Shown here piece by piece: positions 38,867 through 51,007 of a DNA stretch of 64,000 bases; the stretch's first letter is position 1; the number at the start of each line of letters is the position of its first letter. The DNA is from Cirrosporium novae-zelandiae. Lineage: Eukaryota. Under the pieces are notes generated by a model, which saw only the letters and a list, made by a program, of their open reading frames with translations, searched no databases and was not told the DNA's origin. The position numbers were made by a program, and so were the translations under genes. Location of the stretch: NCBI GenBank assembly GCA_026023565.1, contig JAPETS010000009.1, forward strand, positions 496,001 through 560,000, given 5' to 3'.

Positions 38867-41507
38867 ATGACTCGACCTAAGGTACGGCTTCGTGGAGCAG
38901 ACTCCCGACCCAATGTAGCCATTATCTTACCACAAATATGTAGGTACCGGACGACAAGCGTCAAAGAATCCGAACGGCATGCGAGAGCTGCAAAAGGAGG
39001 AAGCAGAAGGTGCTGCTCTCTTTTGAATATTTCATAAATATATCTATTTTAATGGCTAATATCTTCTAGTGCAACGGACTATTTCCTTGTGGAAATTGTC
39101 AGAAGAGAAATCTTGAATGTTACTACCATGAGAGAGATCACGATAATGGAAACAAATCGCACCCGCAGAAGAAACGGATGACGCAACAAAATGCTCCTAC
39201 ATCTATCTCTAACGCGACTTCGAGAACTCCTCCAGAGGCAATGACTATCCGAAATGGGGAGGCAAGTAACCTTTCAAATGCTGGACCTAGCCACAGCTCC
39301 ATCGAAGCTACTGGCCAGAATGCTAGCAAAGTGAATGAGGGTAGTAATAGTAACATACCCTCGGTTAGTAAGGAAGACATTGCAGAAGTGTATTGCAGTC
39401 CCAGACTACTTGAAGACTCCACTGGCCGGTTGCGTTAGTCTTCCTTTCCCATTCCTTTACCTTTACAGTTTTCTAAAACCATGTTCTCTACGTGTGGAAT
39501 CGAATACTTATCATATAGCCAGTCTACGTTGGAGATTCATCAACTCTTGCCCATCTCCAGCTTATCCGTGTTGTCGTCGAAGGAATTGCAGGTCCCTGTC
39601 CGTTCACGACAGACCCTAGCAGGCATCGCATTTCTGAAACCAGGTTGACTGTGCCGACGAACATTAAAATTATTCATTTACTCCCTGACAAACTCACGGC
39701 TCGTGTTCTGGTTGATTCATTCTTCACTAATGTTGGTGTCCTTTTAGACACCTCGTGCTTTTACATTTACTAATAATTTTAGTAGACCCAAGCCCTCTTA
39801 CAGGTGTTCAACCGCAAGGCTTTTATGACTACTCTTGATGAGTGCTTTCGAAATCCTCTAAACGTAGATCAATCCTGGCTGTGTCTTTTAAACCTCGTAT
39901 TTGCCGTTGGCATGATCTTGGCTACCCCAATACCAGGGACTAATGATGCTTTGGTCATTGACAAATTAAGAGAGAGCCAGTATGACAGATCAGAGATATT
40001 CTTCTTGAATGCCAAGGATCTATCCGACCCTCTTTCGGGTTTCGAGGATGCAGGATATTGGTCAATACAGGCCTTACTCCTGATGAGCTTTTATATGCTT
40101 GCAAAATCCAAAAGGAATACGGCATTTGCGTATTTTGGTAGGCTCCTTGATGCCAGTTCAGCAATAGTCTGATCCTTTTATTTACACTGAGTTAGGTATG
40201 GCAGTACGATCTGCATTTGCGCTAGGGCTACACCGAGAGGAGCCACTTGCGATATACGCTCCTTCGGATCAAGAAGAAAGACGAAACCTATTTCGAAGTT
40301 TATATGTACTAGATCGCTTTCTATCTGCCTCCCTTGGAAGACCGATGGCAATTCACGAGGATGACTGCTCTAAGTCAGTATTATTCCAGTCGACTTCCCC
40401 AGACATAATCCAATTAACTCCCGACCCTGAAAATACGTTGGGGTTAAACGCATCGGTCCAGAATAGTCGAATAATTGCAATGATACTCAGGCTCGTATAT
40501 CAGAAGCGTCAGATATCTACAAAGTTAGCTCAAGACCTTGCAGATGAGTGTAGGAGATGGGCATCTTCATTATCACCTTCACTACACTGGAGGCAAATAT
40601 CAATGCAGTCAAATTCCCAAGGAGTTGCCGTCCTTCATGTTAATTTATTTTACTGCCACTTGATAATCCTACTTACTAGGCCTTTCTTTTCCTTTATCCT
40701 GGGTGCTCGAGCTCAGAAGAAAGCATCTCTTGGAAATCCAAGCAAACGTGAACGTGACCTTCATCGTATGAAGAAATTTGCAGATGCATGTGTTGTGGCG
40801 TCGACTCATAGCATTGCGCTTGCGCAAAAAGCTTATGAAAGGAATTTCATGCCACGAAATAACCCCTTCGTTACGTGAGTCTGCCCTCCCGATTTCTCGA
40901 TGCATATTCTCTAATCTGACGGTATAGATATTTTCTTTTCGCGGCTTCGTTGGTAGTCTTTGCGAACGAGTTTGCTCCCATAACCGAGAACCCATACGGA
41001 AATAGTTATATGAATACATCTATCACGATGATGGGGTACTGTGCAGAAAGTGACGCGCAAGCAACTCGTCTTCTCCACATCCTCAAAGCTTTCCGAGATG
41101 CTGTCCAAGTTCAAACTACCCGGAACCGCACCCAGTCTGGAGCTGATTTAGAATTGCCATTGCAAGTCCTTTTTGACCAGATACCTAAGCCGGCGGATAA
41201 TTTGAAAGAAACAATGGACTCGGCAGCACAGCCGGGAGTTCCAAGAGGGATGAATTCTCTTGGACGGCTTTCGACATCAGGGGTACAGTTCCTATCACCG
41301 ACAGACCTTTCAGAAGAATTAGATTCGGCCATGGCAGACCTTAATTCTATTGGAACGGATGAACCAATTGATTTTGATGCCTTCTGGCAAAGTGGTGTAG
41401 AAATGAGCTTAACGGAAAATACTCCAGTTAACGATAGGTTGAACGATAATCATGTCTTGCTGTTTGGTCGCGGAAGCCTACAGGCACCTGTCCCCTCGAT
41501 TAGTTAA
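38867..41507 (+). CDS. Zn(II)2Cys6 transcription factor with fungal_trans domain (multi-exon)
   Basis: Spliced N-terminus MTRPK|VPDDKRQRIRTACESCKRRKQK|CNGLFPCGNCQKRNLEC (exons start 38867, 38944, 39070); middle domain GMAVRSAFALGLHRE...RRNLFRSLYVLDRFLSASLGRP. Confidence 0.92.
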
Positions 41508-42104
41508 ACGGACAATTACACCGGTATATTTCACGGCAACGGAAACGGCATTGGTTAAATCCTTAGCCTATACTTTCTATACACTTTAATTCGGTCAAAT
41601 GGGCTGCTGAAAAGCTGGATAGCCAGTCAACATTGCCTTGCGGGGTTCCGATTCTCATTCCCGTTCTCGAAAAAGATATCACCAAGTGAAATAATTATCA
41701 GTTTCGTGGAGTTGGCCGGTGGAATGAATTAAAAATGCCTTGAATTTGATTTGGAGAGGGTTAATAGCACTGAGGAGTTTAGGCCGTGTCCGATGGGGCC
41801 GAACTGTGAAGCCGAAAGTTTGCCCCGCGTTTTCTTCCCCACCATTATCATTCCGTTCATCGTCGTATCCGGCACAAGGATTCAAACCACTGGCAAATTT
41901 TCTGACAACCACCGAGGCAAGCAGAGTACTAAATAGAATCACAATGGGTGTGATAAAGTATATATATCCACGTTGTGTCGTTCTATAGATGTAGCCATAC
42001 AAGCAACATCCTCCTCTAGGCACTGAATTCGAACCCTCATCAACCAAGACGACAAGACGACAAGACGACAAGACAGTAATCCATCTCGCATTCCCAATTT
42101 CATA

Positions 42105-43140
42105 ATGACCTCTCAATCCAATGGAACATCCAAGTTCGATCCTAACTTCACCCAAGCTGTTATCGATGCAACGGGTCCTAAGACTTCCCCTCGAATGCGG
42201 CAGGTCATCACCAGCCTAATAAAACATGTCCATGACTTCGCAAGGGAAAACGAGATCACCGTCGAGGAATGGATGCAGGGCGTCGAATTCGTAGGTCTAA
42301 TACTTTGTTGAAGGGTATTAACATCCTTTCATTTCACATAAACTTACTTTACTCTCCTACAGATGAACGAAGCTGGTCGCATGTCCAACGATCGCCGCAA
42401 TGAAGGCCAACTCGTCTGTGATGTTATCGGTCTCGAATCCCTAGTTGATGAGATTACCGCTAAAGTCGCCATTGACGATGCAGTGTCAGGCGAAGCTCCT
42501 ACTGCAACTGCAATCCTCGGTCCATTCTACCGCGAAAACCCTCCGAAGCTTTCCAACGGCGCAAACATAGTTACTGGTTTTGACGATGCAGATACAACCT
42601 TCTTGCACGGGAAGGTGACAGACTACCTCACCGGGAAACCTATACAGGGCGCAACACTGGATGTATGGCACACTGCACCAAATGGGCTGTATGAGCAACA
42701 GGATGATAACCAAGTGGACTGGAATCTACGTGGACGATTCACGTCGGAGGCAGACGGAGCCTTTAACTTCTATTGTCTACGACCGACAAGCTACCCCATC
42801 CCATATGATGGACCGGCAGGCCACTTACTACAACTACTAGACCGTCATCCAATGAGACCAGCACATATCCACTTCATTGTTCGTACCATTTCCACCTCTC
42901 TCATCCCTACCAAGAAAAGCTCCTAACACCCTCATCTCTTCTTAGGTCTCCTCACCCGGCTACCGACCCATCATAACTCAAATATTCGACCGCCGCGACC
43001 CCCATCTAACGGACGACTCGGTATTTGCAGTCAAAGATTCATTAATCGTCGACTTTGTACCGCGTACAGGAGATCCCAAGGCGAAGTTTGAACTGGGTTA
43101 TGACTTCAAGCTTGCGCCGCTAAAGCCGAAGAGCGGTTAG
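42105..43140 (+). CDS. Intradiol ring-cleavage dioxygenase (catechol 1,2-dioxygenase-like; 3 exons)
   Basis: FDPNFTQAVIDATGPKT, LVCDVIGLESLVD and TATAILGPFY; iron ligands in GLYEQQD, PTSYPIP and RPAHIHF; last exon ITQIFDR...DDSVFAVKDSLIVDF ends with TAG at 43140. Confidence 0.95.
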
Positions 43141-44078
43141 GGTATCCCTCCTACGAGGGTGGTAGAGTTGTAAAAAGAAACCGAAAGTATGGGTTTGGGC
43201 GTATGATATATGCTGGTTACGATGTTTTGGAATTGGCTTGATAACGTATGGAAAATGACGGCAAGGTTGTTCTAACTGACTAGTCAACGGGCATGCATAC
43301 ATACATGCATACTGCTTTACTGGTTGGGGGTTCATGAAAAAATTGTCTGTGCATACTATACCATACCATACCATACAATATCGTATATTGTATGTCGTTG
43401 TTATTTTACCGAAATTGATATCCGCTGTTGTTATTGTATTATCCAATAAGACCAACTCATGTTTCACAAAGCGTAATCTCAATTACTTACTACGTATACA
43501 CATCCAACAAAACCTTTCTACAAGATTTTTTTTTCTTCTGCCACCGAAGCAATAATAAGCTCCTCTATCATACTACTACCTACAGTATATTCCACTACTA
43601 ACACGATTACGAAACCTAAAATGATTATGATTCCGGTTATGATTACGATCATGGTACTCGGCGGCTACGCTTAATAGCCAACCCGTACATAATGTATACC
43701 TAGGTAGTTACTAGAAATTTCTACCGGCACAATCTCTCTGTGAAATTTCTTTGATTTCCCTCTGGTTGGTTATGCCATGTTCCTCCAAATCTATATGCAT
43801 TTTTTTAGTCTAAGACAAAGTTTCAATTATGATCTTACTGACAGGGGAGGAGGGGGGGGGGGCGAAAAGCAAGGGGAAAAGGAAGAAATTCAAAGACTAT
43901 ATACATTGAAAAATATAACTCAAGACGAGAATGATAGTGTTTCAAAATGACCTACGGTCAAGGTTATGCCAAGTAACTGAATGAAATATGCTACATGGTG
44001 TAGGCATAGTTCAGAAGAGTCTCACAAAACATGAGAAAAACGGCATACAGCAGAAAAACACTGTATGTGTAAGATAAA

Positions 44079-46070
44079 TCATCCGACAACTCCCAGCTTT
44101 CTTGCGCTCTCTGGCCTTTGAATGGTTGCAGACTTCCTAGGGGCCATATTTTCTTTCGAATCGGAGTTTTCTGTGAATATTTCGTCATTGAAAATTCCAA
44201 TCCCGGATAATCTAGTGGCAAGCTTCGGGGCCCTCAAGCTTTGGGATGACGGATGCCTTGTATGGTGATTAGCGGTACTTCGAGTGCTTGGCATCCTTCT
44301 GGGACTACCGTTTAATCGAAGAGTCAGGTCAGTAATATCCTCTTGGGATATTGTCTTCTGATCCTGGTCACAGAGTGATTGACGTCTAGGTGCATTGAAG
44401 ACACGTCCAGGTACGTATTCTTTATTTGCATCTGAGTTCCTTGCGTTCTGATTTTGGTTATTGGCCAGAGCAGAGGCCACCTGAGCAACGGCATTTGGTA
44501 TCACATCGACAGAATTAGGATGAACCAAGATTATCGGTAAGGATACCTTTAGGGACTTCGAGTGCGAAAGAGTGACCCGAATATTCAGAAAGTAGCGGAT
44601 TTCAAAGTGAGTCGCTGTACCACTTGAAAATTCTTCGCTTGGGACCTGGAGTTCATATGTTCGTGCTTCTAACGACTTCGGACCCACACCTTTCCAGTCA
44701 AATGAACCTTTCTTCTTCACTAGGTTGCGAACAATATACGACTTTGTTTTGTCTGGGATCCTCAGATGGCCCGCAGATACTTCTTTAGTTGATGCGGCCG
44801 CTGTCAAATACAGTATGATGGACTTCTCTAGTTGGATTTCCAACTTTTTGATAGCTTTGTCGCTACTGTTCGATACGTGAACATCAACAAATATGCTGAG
44901 CCCACTGACCCAGATTTGTCTGTGTATCCCAGCGGTTAGCTTGACGGTCTGACAAAGATGGCCACGGGCGATTTCAAGCTCGTCGCTGGATGTGAGTGGA
45001 GTTGGAAGACTGAGAAGCGTAGTTTCGGCTAGGGTATCATTAACGGATCACTCTACCAACGGTATTTGACATGACTTACGATCACGAACCGTCACAAGAG
45101 TAACCGGCTGAGACTGACGAACATAAAACCATTTTTCACTAGCCATAAGAACCAAGGTAGCAGAAAGGACATAACGAACACCTCCATATTTGGTTTGGCA
45201 GGGAGGTGGTCCGGTGTTGAGAGGTAGATTCAAAGAGAATGGAAGCATTGCCACAGATGGAAGCAATTTCCAGATAGTGGAGTTTCCTAGAACTGGCGTT
45301 GCTGGAACCGCCATACTTCGAGGGGGTGGATATTGATCGGTTATGAGCTCATTGGCGATGCTAAGGAAGACGCATCTACGTACGCATTTCTTGCAATATG
45401 TTGCCTCTTCGACACCGAGGAGGTCTACAGACAGCCTTGCAACAAAGAGGTCGGTAGAAATTTTAGCAAATCTCCCTGTGCCACCATCAATTATCAAACG
45501 AGCCTGGCCTTCTAATGTCCCTCCCCCAACCAAAAGTGGGGCTGGTATAGAGACGTGCATCTGAACTCTGGAGTGGCGATAGCTAGGGGAATTGAGAATA
45601 TCGACAGGAGGAGCTCTTCGGACAAATGTCTTTGACGGTTTTCTTCTCGCTATGTCGCTCGTCAGTGGACCGCGTTCGGCCGCTTTTCGTACAGGTGAAA
45701 CCGAGTAACGCCGCTGAGGAATAGTCTTGGATGTCTCGTTTGGAGGAGGTAGATCAAGGGATACTCTCTCAGCTGAAAGACCCGATGCTTGAGAGTCATA
45801 TCGCTGCAACTTTCCCGATGAGATCCTTCGGGGTATGCGGTTGGCAGGTAGACTGACATTACTAGAAGACATAGGGCGTAAGTCTACTCGAGAGCCATTC
45901 CACGAAGACTTTTTGAGGGCCTGGGGAAGCACTAATTGAGGCTCGGAGCATTCAGCAATCTCAGATAATGGTCTTCCAAAATGACTATAGGTGAAATCCG
46001 AATCTAGGGTAACCATTAGAGTACAACTTAAAGGCCTCGAAGAGCAATGCTACCTACCTTGGTTGTCCAT
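44079..46070 (-). CDS. Arrestin-like (arrestin N/C fold) domain protein (multi-exon)
   Basis: LLVGGGTLEG, LSVDLLGVEE, LPFSLNLPLNTGPPP...VRYVLSATL, LTAGIHRQIWVSG and HFEIRYFLNIRV...LPIILVHPNSVD. Start uncertain; a short first exon from the ATG at 46070 is likely. Confidence 0.8.
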
Positions 46071-46499
46071 ACTAAGTCAGCTCTCTTAGATCTGAAACTC
46101 TTGATGATTTCACGAGCTCAGGTTGGAGGTATAGTGTCAACCTCTTGGAGAATTGATTTCTTCATGGTTTGGCAACAGCTCTATCGAAGGATACGCTCTT
46201 GCAGAAAGTACTTCACAAATAGAGGGTACTTTAGTAGGAAGGCGCCACCCAGTGACTGTTTTGTTTGCCTTGAATGCATTCTTCAGCGAAAGAAAAGGGC
46301 ACACTCTTATCACAACTATTCAGCAAAGCACCAAAACTCCATCGAGTATTTAATAAGGCACCTAGAAAAATACATAGCAGAGTATAACTAAGTATTCACT
46401 GGGTTTTTGTAAAGTGAGGAAATCCTGGGTTGATTGCGTTAATCTAAAGGGGCAGGAGACCAATAAACTGAGAGATCAATCATAACAATAGCAAAATTT

Positions 46500-47580
46500 C
46501 AACGACACATTTAAAATACATAGAAAGATGGGAAATTTATCCTTACATGATGATGCCTTGAAATTAAGGCTTGTCTGGGCCAACTTGATTTCCATGGATT
46601 GGGCAATAGAGAAGGATAGGTCCTGTTTTCGGGAGGGTCTCAGCTACTCAGGCATAATTAGGGTACATCTGAGCGTCCTTTATTTTCCATTCAGCATCAC
46701 AGCCACCCCATAGCAACAAGAGTGTGAAGCTCATTACCATATCCGCTCGCGATTCATTAAATCACTGATATGGGCACCATTATCGATGTCTATGAGAACC
46801 TTGACATTGTACTTAGGAGGGATTGATAGGGCCCATAGCCTATAGCGAAGTGTATTGAATGTCTTTCATTAGTATGGATCCCACATCAACAGTCGTCTTT
46901 GGTGTTTGAAAATCCAATCTTCAACCAGTGTTCAACTAGCCTGAAAAGCCACTTTCCATGGTTTAGAGTATGCTTTTTGTTGCAAAGCTGGCTGCCAGCC
47001 TAAAAGGGTAAATGATGTTGTTTACTTTTTAACCGATAGATCAACAAACGCGCCTGAGCTGATGCTCTCTTCGATTGATAGGGCATTTCAGACCTTCTTA
47101 TTTTGGCATGGATCGACTATACCGCTTAATGTAGCTTTCGGTATCTAGAAGTAGCTACCGAGAGCCAGTTTTTTTTTAACCCATCATCACAATATAAAGA
47201 TGTCTAGCAACATATCCGGGAAGAGAATATTTGGTAGGGTATTCAGTAGAATATTCAGAAGGGTGCTCAGTAAGTAGCTCAATAAAATACTCAGCAGAAT
47301 ATCCAATAAAAGACTTGTTCTTGGTAGATGCTAAAAACTAGATTGACTACGTTGAAATCAGCAATTTTTTTTGCGACAATCATCTTGGGATGGCATCTCC
47401 TCTCTCTAATTAGTATAAAGGTAATATATATTTCTATCCTTTGCATTTGCCGCCCAATCTGCCGTATATCGTTTTCTAGGTGTGGTGATCTTCTTCACTC
47501 TCACCTATGTCAAGGAGGAAGCTTACGGCTATTTGACCATAGGCCTAGATGCTGTACTATGTAAAGCTTACCCTGGCTGG
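46500..47580 (-). pseudogene. Possible decayed ankyrin-repeat gene
   Basis: Frameshifted, stop-interrupted minus-strand fragments ALHSTAS/GQIAVSFLLDIG, LVEHWLKIG...SIHFAIGYG, NVKVLIDIDNGAHI and GYGNELHTLVAMG resemble ankyrin consensus pieces. Confidence 0.35.
47223..47318. repeat. Degenerate 12-bp tandem repeat (about 8 copies)
   Basis: agaatatttggt agggtattcagt agaatattcaga agggtgctcagt aagtagctcaat aaaatactcagc agaatatccaat aaaagacttgtt. Confidence 0.65.
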
Positions 47581-49585
47581 CACATGGCAATACACAATAT
47601 TAACACGGGGTAGTCTTGTTGAAAAGGTTCCATCTTTTAGCTCCTGCAGAAGGATGATCTGAAAGATGGAGGGGGTGTACTGAGAGGAGAGAGAACGACA
47701 CAGGTTGGTTGCCAAGAGGTTGCAACGTTAGAAGATCTAAAACAAACGCGGGAAGGAAATAGTGTGGTTTGACTGGTTGGGCATTTGAAGCAAAGGTAGC
47801 CCAAGGCTAGTTTATAACAATAAGATGGATCGATAGGTGGGATAGATGGGATGCGATGGAATAAGAATGGCACGGATGGTGAAAGGAAATCTCTCGAGTA
47901 GGTAGGCGGTCTCGAGTTTCTACTCCTGTTGATCAAGCTAAATATCCTAAATAGGAAGTCAGGTCTGGAGAATTCCCGGAAATTGACAGATTCCCAAATT
48001 GTTAGTCTACTAGAAGTTTATAAAGCAACAGACCACAATTGAGTTGCTTTTGATGTATTTGATTCGCCAAGTCTTAGAGAAGCTCAAGATGAGGACATGG
48101 GATATTTGATTCTTAGTTGATATTCGTTGCGAATCTTGGTTCACGCCACTACATTATACTCGAGTACATGGCAGTCGTACTAGACTTGAAGAAGCAACCA
48201 GTTCCCGTTAAACGCCAAGGATCATGAAGGATGGTCGATCCCAGCCACTTGACAAGGAGGCCAGGAGTTCATATTCGTTAAATAGAAAGAAGAAGAAATA
48301 CCATCTACAAGAAATACATGAAAAACCTGATAGTTAGTAGCTGAGGTAATTTCAAACAAGGTAAAGGGGAGAGAAATAAAGAGAGGGGGAGAAAGAGAGA
48401 GAAAGAAAGAGAGAAAAATGGAAAAAAAATTTAAAAAAAAAAAAAAGGTTTCATAATATTAGACGCGCCGCCATGTTCGGAGGAGAGCTGATTGATGACG
48501 ATGATGATGATGATGATGATGGTGATGGGTTGGCACTTGATTCCATCTGAACCGAAAAGTATATACCCTGTTGTAACTTGTACCTCCGTACCTCACCTCT
48601 GGCAAGTAAATACTCAGCCTGCCATGCTTGCGAATGGATTTTCCTCAAGGCGCAACCCTCAACCTTAACTAAATAAATACTTGGTCGGAGTATCTTAGGA
48701 CGGACTTTCCGTAAGCCGATGAAAATTTCTCTTCTGATTATCGAGGTACCTTAGCCGGACCTACTCTACTCTAGGTCTTTTTGCAGTGGACCCTTGGAAT
48801 TCTTACTAGATCAGTCCTAGACTATGTAACACTAGCAAATCACCCGGAGATGTTGACGGAGATCTCTTACTCGACTATCCCTCCAAAACCCCACAAACAA
48901 CCAGGGTCCCAAAGTAACTGACTGCATCAGATTTGTCTTTACCCATGCGTGCCATGCAACTACGGTTGTAATTATCACCGCATGACGAACTTTACTATTA
49001 GAGCTTAGAGACTCTGGAAAAACATAGACAAAAACAAAAAAAACAAGTCCCTGGTTAATTAATTAGATAGTCGACGAGCTTGACAAGCTTGGCAGATAGG
49101 TAGATAGCATGAAACTGGCGGCATATCCATCCAGCCCAATAACCGTTCTCAGATGCCCCGTCCCGTTATTTACGCCATCCAGCTCAGCCCTGGATTTTTG
49201 GCAGGCACTGGCAGGTCACTCCGAGGGCCATCGTGGTGGAAATTTGAGACGAGACTTTTGACGAGGACTGGGTAACTCTGGGTAACTGGCAAAAGCTCGC
49301 ACTATTACGAAGAAATTCATCGCCTTTGTATTTCCTCGGGCCTGCTACCACTCCAGGACGTGGCCCTGCCTAAGGAGTTACATCGACCCTCCTCTCCCCA
49401 ACAACTCTGCTTCGTAGCTTCTTAGTAGCTTCGTCCGCCTTCCCCCATTGATCCAGCCCATAATTCCATGTCACCTGCGTCTGACAACTTCAAAAGGGCC
49501 TTGTCCAGTTTCCTTTACCTCACAGTTTCTCCCATCTTTTACCTCACGATAACTATCCTGCCTCTTTCATTCGCATTTCGATGTC

Positions 49586-51007
49586 ATGGAACCTTCATCC
49601 GCCACTAGTTCTGTCGATGCTCACCCTTCAGCCCTAAAATCAGAAGCCTCGAGAGAAGATTCTCTCAGTTCCCCCGCAGAGAACTCTGAAGCCGAATTGG
49701 CGGCTCCATCTACGCAGACGCAGAAGCGCAAAGGCGGCCGAAAGCCGGTGGGACTACCTTAATACAACGACATCTTCATGTACGGCCTGGTGCTGATGAT
49801 AAAGTAGATATATGCCACATCTGAAGAAAGGAAGCAGAGGAACCGCCAAGCTCAAGCAGCCTTCCGCGAGCGTAGGACAGAATATATAAAGCAACTGGAA
49901 GCGACCATCAAGCGCCAAGAGGAAACCTTGCAAAACCTACAACAAAGTCACCGCAGTGCAGCAGATGAATGTTTAATGCTTCGGTATAAAAACTCACTGC
50001 TTGAACGCATTCTTCTTGAGAAAGGTTGGTCTATAGTTTGATTGCCAAAGAATATATAACTGATATATTCTTTCAGGCATCGATGTTCAAGCAGAACTTC
50101 GCTCAAGGCAAGGCGGCGCTCATGTTGCGCAGATTAAAGCATCCCCTACCTCTCACATCTCGCCTATTCAACGGGCTGTAGTAAACAGACAGCACCAAGT
50201 CCGACGACCCAATGCCGCCATTGCCCCGAAGTTGGACACTGTGGAAAAGTCAAACCAAGCGGCTGGAATATACCCTAATCAATCTCCGCAACTCCATCCT
50301 ACCCCTCCTTCACATGCTTCCTCTCCTTCCACTGCGCGCTCTCCGGGTTTTCCTCAAGGTGGAATGACTCCATCAACATCAGAGTTTCAACCTCAGTCTC
50401 AAATGCATATTCAATCCTTGCCGTCAGGAATGGCAGGTAACGGTCAACCGAATGCGTCTGTATCCCAAACACCTCCTGGCTCTATGCATGCCGCGATATC
50501 ACCTCCAATGGATCAAAAGGGAGGGCATGTACCTCCTGGAGCTGGAAATGCTCCAAATTCATACTATCCGTCTCCATTCCAGAGACATATTGATCAACTC
50601 GGCAAGCTGACCCGTCCCCTTCTTTCCTTTCTTTCAATATAGAGCTATGTTCGTCCTAGATTGATTCCGTTAGTACAGAACAGGAATACGACGCTCAAGC
50701 CGATATGGTCGATGACCACGATCCACCCTCTGACAGTGTCATAGGGAATTCCCAGTTTCCCCAGGCCTCGTACCAATTCCATTCAGTCCCTCAAAATCAA
50801 CAAGGGCAACTGAATATGCAAAACACAGCCTATTTCAATCATAACAATGCTCCACAAAACCATGATGGGAATGGACAAGCGTCCGAAGGAGCGAACCAGC
50901 TTTTTAATCCCTTCGATCCCATGCTGGACGCTGATCCTTTTGGGCTGTCTGCAAGCATGCATTTTCCAACGCAATTTGGCTATAACCCAACTGCGGCAAG
51001 GAGATGA
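49586..51007 (+). CDS. bZIP transcription factor (4 exons)
   Basis: QKRKGGRKP|IYATSEERKQRNRQAQAAFRERRTEYIKQLE...ECLMLRYKNSLLERILLEK|GIDVQAELR; C-terminal FDPMLDADPFGLSASMHFPTQF reached through a GC-AG intron at 50602..50678. Confidence 0.92.

Noticed and set aside
41679..42155. 158-aa minus-strand ORF overlapping the dioxygenase promoter
   Set aside because: No motif, overlaps the start of a conserved gene, and has a non-ATG start.
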